From the NCBI GenBank assembly GCA_028534125.1, contig CM052817.1, positions 36,458,001-36,522,000 on the forward strand: DNA of 64,000 nt. Direction: 5' to 3'. Origin of the DNA: Lama glama (Eukaryota). The notes under the pieces are model-generated. The model searched no databases. It had not been told where the DNA came from and saw nothing but the letters and a program-made list of their open reading frames with translations. Positions 54,086 to 64,000 of this stretch are shown piece by piece (positions within the stretch are counted from its first letter, which is position 1; each line of letters opens with the position of its first letter). The position numbers and the translations under genes are program-made.

Positions 54086-57000
54086 CTGTGGCCTCTCTCA
54101 TGAGCATATTTAATGATGAGGGGAGATGACTCTATTTGCCATCTTAAGAGGTATTTCCTCCCCCTTTTCGAGAACCTTATCATCATCATACTTCTCAGAA
54201 GAGTGTTTGAGTGAGTCCACTCTCTTTGTTCAGGGATTTATTTTCATGTTTATAGATTATTCAGGCCCATTTTCTCTTCTTCATGCCTTTGGATATTTTT
54301 TTCCCCTTCTGGCTGGCCCCTCACCTTACAAAAATAAGAGTTGAGAGAGGGTAAATTTTAGCATAGGATTCTGTTCTTGTTCCTAATGGGTAAAACATAT
54401 GAAGGCAAAGAGGACATTCAAACCCTCTTATAGGTTTATTTTTATAACTCTGAATATTGGTAATGCTCTTATTTCATCCATAACCAGGTCGGCTGTATCT
54501 CACACCACAACGTTTATGGGCTGTAGTGCAGGTGGTGTGCCCCAGTTGTTCTGTAAAAGGTAGAGCTTAGTGGGCAAGGTTTTCAGACGAGAATGTTCAA
54601 ATTTATCATAGGAATGTGGCCAATAATAAAAAAAAGTTAACCCCTTCATAGATGCAGTCAGCCCTTTTGTAAAGGATCTAATTGACAAAGATGCTTAAAA
54701 CAATGATAATTTCTTATAAAATGTGAGAGGACTTATTTCATTTATTTAGTAATAAATTACAGTTAAAGGGAAATTTGAACTTAGGGAAGGAATTTACTTA
54801 ACTTGCCTACCTTAAAAGAAACTTTCTCAAGATACCTTTCTCACATAGTCAGTTGTGCAAAGAAATTAATCATAGAAATGTACTTCATTTTTAATAATGA
54901 AATGAAGATGTATTTAACTTAGTTCTGTCATAGAGTTTGAGTTAATAATCTCAGAACTTTCATAAGACATTCAGAAATTTTTATTCAATGGCCATTTGCT
55001 TGCAAGTATCATGGAAGGTGACAGGATGATGTCACTAAAAGAAAAGGAAAGGGTCTGTTATGACATTGTTATTCTTAAGTCTTATTTCGTATGTATTCTT
55101 ATAGACCAGTTAGTCTGTGTGGTTTTTTAAAATGAGTACTTTAAGAACAGCTTTAAAATTTATTCTTAATAAGTTGCCATGGCTTTCAAAGATGGCAAAA
55201 ATTGTCTTGATATTTGGGGCTTATTTTATCAAATATATTAAAGTCACGAAAGAGAGAATGCCATATGTTGTTTAACTTTTCAATTGGTGGATTGAAAAAA
55301 AAAGTATATCACTTCAGATTTCAAAGTTATTTAAATTAAAAACTTTGTTTTAGGTTTTAGTAAGAACTGAAGTGGTATCAGTGTTGTAAGAGTGGATAAT
55401 ATTCTTTCTGGCATAGCTATAAATAGGACCAGTGCTAATTGAATAAAACTGAAGTAAGTAGTTTGCCCTCTCCAATCTCTTTCATCTTCTCTTGGCATCA
55501 GCTCCTTTGCACTCCTTGAACCCTTCCCGTGAACAGCCTGAGGGTAGGGGCCATGGCTTACTCATTTATGACTGTCCAGAGTACAGCACCCTGCAGAGAG
55601 TCTGAAAGATTCTCATTCAGTAATTATTTGGACTGTACTGATCTCCATTGCCTGCTCTTTCTCACCAAAGTTATTATGACTTATTCCTTGATCATCCTAT
55701 AGCTGACTTAACCAAATTATTAATATAATTTATAGACGTTAATGAGTTATCACTTATGGAGGGATTTGAATTTTCAGTTGGGGAAACCTGAAAAGAGGTT
55801 GGTTAAATCACAGGAATGAATCACTAATGGTGGAATTTCAGGTAGGGAAGAACGCCTCGCATCATATGGTATTAGCTTTCTTAAGAGAGTGAAAATAATC
55901 AAACATGCTCATCTTTTCAAGATGTTGATCCAAAGCTGTTATATCTGCATAAAATACTTCAAACTATTTCTCATTAGCATTTAAAATATTTACAATTTCA
56001 GTTTAAAATGGGGATAGTCTGAGGAGAATAAAATCAGAATGCCACTTTTCAAGAAACAGCCTTTAAGAAATTGCTGGCTATTTTTAATTGATTTGTTGTT
56101 GATGAATTTTGAGTTTACCCTTATGTACAAATAGCTAATTTCATCATCATCTTTGAATATTTTATATTCATTTTATGCCAGTCATATGTGTTTTTACAGT
56201 TAATGAAACCAGCCAGTAAGTTCAAATGATATCCCATTAGTCTATTGTTTATGAACAAATTGTCACTTAAAACAAAGCAGATGGTAGAAAATTTAGATTA
56301 TATCCTATAAACTCTTCAAAGTGTTTCTAGATTGCTTAAGATTTGAAAGCAACAAAGCTCCCCAAGAGACAAATGGATCAAAAAGAGAAGACTTGCTCTG
56401 ACGTTCAGAGTGGGAGACGTTGGTGGCACCATTGTGAGTCTTATTGGAAACTTCCATGCTCTTCATATTACTTGATCTCTTAATGGAAGAATTAAATAAA
56501 CTACAAAATAACCAGTGTTAGAAATGCAATGTTTTTGATTACCCTTCTTAGGCTGGAGGCAGCCAAAAGTAAAAAAATAGGGACCACAGGTATTCTTATT
56601 GTGCTGTTACTGCTTCAACTCGGTACTTCGATTTACTGTTTATGATTCATACATGTCTAGAACACCCATTTTTCATAAGTATTGAAACTGTATTGGTTCA
56701 TACATATTATTGTTTACACAGTTGAATAATTACTGGGGCGGGGGGATTATACCTTGAAAAGTACAGCTTTTACTCTTTATGTTGCCATTCAAAATCTTGA
56801 TCATTTTTCTTTTGATGTATTGACCTGCAACACTGGGGGAAAGAAAGAGCTGCAGAAACACCTGTTTTATAAATTATAAAAAGTTGTAAACATGCATTAG
56901 AGCTCAAGAGCCTTACTAGCCTTTATTTAAACAAATTAATTTTTCTACTCAAAAGATGCCTTCTAGATGCTAAATCGCTGCATTAAGCACCATTAACAAA

Positions 57001-57570
57001 TATGATACTTCTTGTATCCAGTATAGGAGGTGTTTTGATTCCATCCTGATGTATACTTAAATCCCAGTAATTTGGTGGTATACTGTAGTTTATGTCTTCT
57101 CTAATATGCTTGTCAGATATGAATTATTCACTGCTATACCCATGAATTTTCCCTTTTGTTATTGGGACAATTCTGATACCGAAAACAAACATTTACAGTG
57201 CATTGTTTTCAACTCAGTAAAGGTACTGATTTACTCTTCAAGACTGAGTGTGAGTGTCATGTATATGTGAACATGGGTGTGTGTATGAGTATATAGATGT
57301 ATGTCTGTGTCACCACATATGTGTCTTGGTACACATGCATTTGTATGTAGTTTTTCCTACCTGGAGAAGCCACAAAACTAGTAAGTATTACTCTGTGATG
57401 AAAAAAAGAGACTCGGCTACAAAATACCATCAACTTGGGCAAATTGAGTTTTGGAATCGTTGATTTGGCATCTCCTGGAATGTTATGTAATTTGCTAGTG
57501 AAATTTTCACCAATATAAAACCCCTTCCCCTTATTTTGCAGCTCTTTTTTTATCCTCCCCTGTGTTGCAG

Positions 57571-57758
57571 GTTTGTAATGTTTGAGCACACTTCCTGGGT
57601 GAACTTCCTATTTGCCTCTGTGCGTGTTATTTGTGGCAGAGAACTGTGCCTGGTCAGCAGCTCTAGACCTGGAGCCCGTGGACACTATTTGCTGGGCTTC
57701 AGTGGAAAGAGAGATCTGCTTAATTTTGTCCCAGGTGATGGAGTCCAGCGGTTCCTAG
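57571..57758 (+). other. PPM1K: Alternative exon in PPM1K intron 3 (acceptors at 57570 and 57639; donor after 57734, or read-through as a terminal exon)
   Basis: Strong pyrimidine-tract acceptors; peptide ENCAWSAALDLEPVDTIC... resembles my recollection of a short human PPM1K isoform tail; AATAAA at 57930. Confidence 0.65.
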
Positions 57759-59924
57759 CCTGGACTACGGGAAGGTTCCCACATCCTCTTTGTCCCATTA
57801 GTTGAGATGACTTGCAGTAGAAAATGTCCAGTGAGTGTTAAGAACTTATTGAAAGATGTCTTAGTTTTATAGTTTTGTTGTTAGGGAAAAAAGTGAGAAT
57901 TTTTACTTCCATGTTCAATGTTAAACGAAAATAAATGCTGATTTAATATTTATATTCTTAGATGCTTAGCAAACCAGGATCAATAGTTTTAAAAACTTTC
58001 CCATTAATCCTGGCATTTTGGAACTGTGAAATTGGGTTAGTGAAAACTCAAGCTCTTTTAAATTCCTAGGTGGCAAAGCCATGAATTATAATCCGAAATG
58101 GCTAAACTTGAAGTTTTCATTTATGAAATTTTAACTCTTTTTGATGTAGCCATTTAAAAACTACTTTAAAACCAAAGCTACTGTTGACAGTTTAAACAAA
58201 TGAGAGGAATACCAAACTCCCTAGACAGGTAGCATCTGAGTAAATGCCTGTGTTTTCTTCCCTGGCTCTTCCAATCATTCAAAAAGATTACAGTGGTTAA
58301 ACTGTGAAGATTCCCTTGCAAAGTGTTTTAGGAAACTCAAGAGTTGGCATTTGTAATTTAAACATCACGGATACTTACACTGAAATATTTGTGTTGTACA
58401 ATGACAATATATAATATATTTTAGCATTGCCAAGATGATATTACTTTGGCACAACAGTTCCAAAATCAAGAGATCAATGGGAAGGAGTGCAACTATAAAT
58501 GTTAGTTCTCAATAAAGTAAATTCAGCATGGATATAAAAGATTAAGCAGGGTTTATTCATATATTTTCCATTTTATTTTTCTGATTAAAGCAGGCATTTT
58601 AATGATCTGATTGGAAAATATATGCATATATATCTTTCCAAAATGCATTGCTGATGTTGTTTAAATTGTCTTTAAAAATATTGGAAAGATGGTCAAATCA
58701 GTAGCACTTCATTTTTACTAAATCTACCTTTGAAGTCAGAATCATCTTTAATTGATCACCTGAAGATTTCACTTAGATGCTTTAAAGAATTAACCATGTT
58801 ACTGAAGATAATACCTGCTTTAAAATAAGTTATCTTTTTCAATTTCTTCCAACTTGCTTTACTTTTTAGCCCATAATTTCATAGCATTCTTTCACTTTTG
58901 ACAAGGCTCAATGCACCTTCAAAATTTTTAACAAGTATTAAGGAACTTAGGGCAGACACTTTTGGGATAAATCAATGAAAAATGCACTTTGAGTTGGATG
59001 GGTAAACAGTGGCCACCTCAAGCCAAGTAACGTGTAATTTTGTTACTGGTCAGAGGAAATGAATATTCTTGGAATGCTCTGGGCCCAGGGCAGGACCACA
59101 GCAGGAGCACTTGGCAGTGCTGTCCTGCATTTGGGTACAGACTAATTGTACTAGATCTTGCTGGAATCAAAAATGTGAACTACAACAAGCTTATGGGAAA
59201 CTGGAATGAATTTCATTCCTGGCCTTCTAGACTTTGTCCCAGTATAATGATGGCTGTAACTTTATTTCATGTCTAGGGAGAAATAAGATAAACAAGAAAA
59301 GAATGTGAACCTTTAACCATTTTAGGATTTTTTTTTTTTTTGGTGAGCATATGTAGAATTAAAACAGTTGTAGAAGGAAAGAATATAAAACATAGAACTT
59401 GAAGAGTAAATGGTATGCACTTGGCATATTTTAGCCTATTAACTGATCATACTTTCACAGGATAGGATAAAGAAATGGAAGAGAGAACCTAAGTGCATAG
59501 ATTATACAAAAGTCTGCTTGCCTGAATGGGCTCTGTAGACCTAGATTAGCCAATCTAATTAAAATGTAATATTTTTAATCCTTACAACTGATGTACACAC
59601 AAAGGTGTCATAATGATAAATTCAGGTGAGCTCTACTTTATATAAATAGAAGCCATTTGGAGACAGTGATGCATTTTTTTTTTTTTACCAAATTGTTAGC
59701 AACTTTTTCTGTTTGCATGGAGCCTTGTTACTGAATTAAATACTTCTTTCTCTGCATGCCCTTACTTACATAGTTCATTTGCATTTTATTTGCATAGCTC
59801 TAGTTATATTAGAAATATACATTTTGCATTAGTTTAACACACCTGTGTTTTCATTTGTAACAAAAATTCCATATCCAGTCATTTGACTATCACTGACTTA
59901 TACTCTTTTTCATAATGTTTGCAG

Positions 59925-60090
59925 CAACCCTTCTGGCCTCTGGGACTACTGCAACAGTAGCCCTGTTGAGAGATGGTATTGAACTGGTTGTGGCCAGTGT
60001 TGGGGATAGCCGAGCAATTTTGTGTAGAAAAGGAAAACCCATGAAGCTGACCATTGATCATACTCCAGAAAGAAAAGATGAAAAAGAAAG
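59925..60090 (+). CDS. PPM1K: PPM1K exon 4
   Basis: GCAG| acceptor; SGTTATVAL...ASVGDSRA...DHTP PP2C motifs; AG|GTACCA donor. Confidence 0.97.
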
Positions 60091-60252
60091 GTACCAACCA
60101 CCTCCACTGATCAATCTTTCTACGAGGATGATATTTATATAGTTCAAGATAGAAATGAAACCTTGTGTTTTAGACTGATTTCATGCTGAAGTTTAGCCGT
60201 CCCTTGGTTTTCTGAGTGTTACATCATAGTCTTTTCACTTTTTCTTGACCAG

Positions 60253-60397
60253 GATCAAGAAATGTGGGGGTTTTGTAGCTTGGAATAGTTTGGGACAGCC
60301 TCACGTGAACGGCAGGCTTGCAATGACAAGAAGTCTTGGAGATTTGGATCTTAAAACCAGTGGTGTGATAGCAGAACCTGAAACAAAGAGGATTAAG
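60253..60397 (+). CDS. PPM1K: PPM1K exon 5
   Basis: IKKCGG...[13 protein letters not shown]...[13 protein letters not shown]| acceptor and AAG|GTAGGA donor. Confidence 0.97.
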
Positions 60398-60944
60398 GTA
60401 GGAGGGGACTTGCAAACACACTTGATACCCAGGCACGAAATGAGTGCAGGATTCTCTCCAGCTGTGGGCTTACTTTGAAGCCTTAATGGAAGCCAAAATG
60501 ACTTTATGGAAGGATAGATAAACTCTTCAGATAAAAGAAGATACTCCTTTCTGGCCTAATGTACATGACCAGTTGGTTTTTTTGCACCCTGCTGTGGAAT
60601 TTGCCTGGAAGCATGGTGCTCCAGTGTTTCCTGACCTGCATGTCAGATCGTGAGCATTGCCCTTCCTTGGAAGTGGATCCTGACTTCCCTTGTCCACCAA
60701 GCTAAATAACCGCCCCACGTGTATTTCTGTGACATCTTTTGCCTGCTGCTAATCATAGCCCCCATTACACTATACTTCCCTCAGTGTCCACCCGGGGTGA
60801 GCTCATTCTTCCCCTCTGCAACCCCCAGCCTGCTCGAGTACCTGGCACATTATAGTGTAGGCTCCAAGTAATGGCAGCAAATGATTGTTAATTAATTGAA
60901 CAATTTTGCCTTACAGATGTCCCACTTAATATTCATTTCATCTA

Positions 60945-61150
60945 ACAGATACTTATACAGGGGTTGACTATGTGACTATGTGCCAGGTTCTGGTCAAAAT
61001 ATCTACTCCTATCCCCATTTTAGAGAGAAAACCAATCCAGGGCAAGTAGATTTCAACTTACCTATGTTTGTCCAGCTGAAAAATAGAGGCAGGTTTCACA
61101 CCCAGGAAGCCTGGCTCCAGAAACAGCGCTCGCAGTCATTACCTCGTGCT
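60945..61150 (-). mobile_element. MIR in intron 5
   Basis: atccccattttagagagaaaacc...acccaggaagcctggctccaga. Confidence 0.65.
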
Positions 61151-61401
61151 GCCTGTCAGCATTCGGCTATCTGGTTTCTTCCTCTGTGGCATTACTAAGT
61201 AAATGTTAGATTTGTCCTCCGCAGTTGATGCACAGTGTTGCTATTTTTGCCCAAAATACAGGTCTTCCATTTTCACTCTGTTTGCCTGCAAGCTCTGAAA
61301 CACAGATGACCACTCAGCAAACAGAGAAAATCTTTGAATTATGAAGATTATTCTAAGGCTGAGTCTGGTTTATAATCCTGTGCCTTTGGTTCTGATTGCA
61401 G

Positions 61402-61536
61402 CTACATCATGCTGATGACAGCTTCCTGGTCCTCACTACAGATGGAATTAACTTCATGGTGAACAGTCAAGAGATTTGTGACTTCATCAACCAGTGCCAT
61501 GATCCCAATGAAGCGGCCCATGCAGTAACTGAACAG
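61402..61536 (+). CDS. PPM1K: PPM1K exon 6
   Basis: LHHADDSFLVLTTDGINF...AVTEQ with the metal-binding DG motif; CAG|GTGACA donor. Confidence 0.97.
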
Positions 61537-62092
61537 GTGACACAGCAGAACTGCTAAAAAAGTCCCAGATAGGAGGAGGAGAGGAGGACAAAGCCAGGTG
61601 CAGGTCTCCGTGCAGCCTGGAGGGGCCACCACTGGCTGGAGATTTCTCTGAAATCTTGTGTTTTAGTTTTAGTATTACAATGAATTTTACACTTGGCTCC
61701 ATAATAAATTCTAAATGTCTAGAAGCAGAATTGCTAAGTCAGAGCTAACACTTACAAATGAATCCTGTATTAGTCCCTATGCTAAATGCTTTACATGTAT
61801 TTTCTTCTGCAGGAGCTGCATATCTTGAACCTTAGTCCACTGGTATATCTATTGCCAAAAATGCTACAGTGGCATACAGATAATATGGTTATTTTGGGTC
61901 ATCAGTGATTCTATCCACAATGTAGAAAAATGTGGGCATCGATACCTGGTGAAAGAAGCACAAACCGTTGTGAAATAATTGTGTTAGTAACTAGGTGTTA
62001 AACTAGTTTGGCCTTCCAGAGGAAGTTTGATTTCTTTTTGTACAGACTCTGATTTCCATTGTGTTTCTCTTCCTTCCTACCATTCCTTGCAG

Positions 62093-62224
62093 GCAATACA
62101 GTATGGTACTGAAGATAACACCACTGCAGTAGTAGTGCCTTTTGGTGCTTGGGGAAAATACAAGAACTCTGAAGTCAGTTTCTCGTTCAGCAGAAGCTTT
62201 GCCACCAGTGGACGATGGGCCTGA
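62093..62224 (+). CDS. PPM1K: PPM1K last coding exon
   Basis: [15 protein letters not shown]...SGRWA*; exon lengths 440+101+166+145+135+132 = 1119 nt = 372 aa plus stop. Confidence 0.97.
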   Translation, partial: AIQYGTEDNTTAVVVPFGAWGKYKNSEVSFSFSRSFATSGRWA

Positions 62225-64000
62225 TCTCTGACTGGGACTTGGAGTTTCTGTGCAACAGTTTTCCACTGAGTGTGTCAAGAAACTGATTAGAAAAAAAAGT
62301 CAACCATACCGAGGTGACCCTAGGACTAACTAGACCAGTACACAAATCAGTGTGAATTAGTAACCGCTTACATAGTAGTTTTTCATAAATACCCATCATA
62401 TTTATGTTCAACTAACTGCACATACTCAGTATAAACATATGTGTAATTCAGCTATTGTGAGTGAGTCTCTGAGTTGAGTGAGCAAATGAAAAATGGTTTT
62501 GATACACTTGCTGGGTGTGAAAGTTCTAATTTTTAAAACCCCTGATCTAAAACACTAATCATTGCCCCCATTACATTCTAATTCTCATTTTTAAAACTCT
62601 AAGGCAGCTATGAGTTTCTTCTGATCATGTCTGATCTTTTTTCGTTTGACCAGGTTCTTGCCTTCAAGTTCTTTAAAACTAGTTAATATTCTGACAAATA
62701 CTCAATGTGTTATCTGCAAGTGTTTATTTTAAATAACTGTACCAAGGAGTAATTATGAAAACTGAGTTCTCTGTTACTATATTTTGTATTCTGGATCACT
62801 TACTGGTAAATGTAACAATGCAAAAGAAATCAGTTCAGATAACATGACACTGCTAAACTGTATACATATGTACAACAGTGCACTTACGTATTTTAGCTGT
62901 GTCACCCTGTCTCCACTGCCCCTACTCAATTCATTCCTATTTTTCTGTAGCTAAGAATGTTACATAGATATGACTGTTCCTTCATATGAGAAAAGAATGC
63001 CCAGGCCGAGAGTTCATTGCTCAAAGCTACACAAAGTCAAATACTGCTAGTATCAAGCATTTTGTATAAAGTTGCCATTTGTTATCTCCAATTCTATGTT
63101 TTATGTTCTGTGCATAATATGTTTATATCACTTTTTATAAAGAGTAAGCAATTTGGATAATTTGTCGGTAAAAATAATCCCCTACATTGACTGATAATTG
63201 CTACAGACAGCTTGAGGTTTATGTCTCCTTTTTCTAGACTCGAGAAAGACTAAATCTTAAAAAAGAAAAACTTCTTTTTTAGCTTGCTATGTAACTGAGG
63301 AATGTAAAACCATATTTCTTTATATCTGTGCATAAGTTTGCCGTTAAAATGTGAATCTCTAAATGTGTGTATGGAATTGTATCTGCAGTTTATTTCTGCA
63401 GACAGTGTAAATTTGTTATATGTGTAGGTGTATGTACATATGTATATTTTTGACTAATAGAAAATTAAAGGGAACAATCCTATGTAGCTCTTTCACCAGT
63501 TAGCTTTAAATTATTCGTATGTTTATCTCTAAGGACTCTTCATAAACTGAGGGAAGTTTTATTGTGGAGAACCAATGGTTACTGGCAGATGAGGAAATGG
63601 ATTAAAAACAGCTGTAGGAGATATTCTGTGGTGGGTAACTTATGTGGAAAACCTAGGAACAGAACCAGCATGTTGAAGCTACATTGCTATGTAGCGTCTG
63701 CATATAAAATAATAGGATGTGAGAAAAATACCGAGGGTTAAAAATGACATGGAGTTTTGTTGTAGGAACAAAAGAAAAAACAAAAAGATAACATTGATGT
63801 ACCTTCAACTCTTAGTTTTCAGAGTTGGCTTTTTTTTTCTTTTTTTAATTTTCATTTCTTTATTAGAAAGAAGAGAGCACAATATAAATAGTCCCATTTC
63901 CTCCTCACCTGTTTGGGAATGGAAGAAAATAGATCCTGAGTTTTCTTGCCTATATTAGTCAGGAATTGTCCTTTGGAAAAAAGTGGTAAAAAAAATATTG
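62225..64000 (+). other. PPM1K: PPM1K 3' UTR (probably continues beyond the window)
   Basis: AT-rich with no repeats recognised; no AATAAA seen, ATTAAA variants near 63464 and 63601. Confidence 0.65.

Overview
Mammalian genomic DNA. The tRNA-derived SINEs and L1 3' tails look camelid (inference, from recall of consensus sequences). The window holds one protein-coding gene, PPM1K (mitochondrial PP2C-family phosphatase PP2Cm, the BCKDH phosphatase), on the + strand. Its CpG-island promoter and non-coding first exon lie at about 45.2-46.6 kb. Six coding exons (51300-51739, 52962-53062, 59925-60090, 60253-60397, 61402-61536, 62093-62224) join through GT-AG sites into an intact 1119-nt, 372-aa ORF. 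The 3' UTR probably runs past the window end. The first 45 kb is intergenic and dense in transposon relics (L1, L2, MIR, MaLR/ERV LTRs, hAT MITEs); nearly all ORFs in the supplied track there are chance or repeat-derived. The most interesting signal is a dual-frame alternative exon in PPM1K intron 3 (57571/57640-57734). There a stop codon overlaps an ATG (TAATG), and the new frame splices in phase into the C-terminal catalytic exons. Other points: a ~72-bp local templated insertion into an MLT2 LTR, a perfect ISRE upstream of the gene, intronic poly(A) options, and miR-22 and miR-204/211 8mer sites. Repeat family names are from recall, not a database search; most repeat boundaries are approximate.
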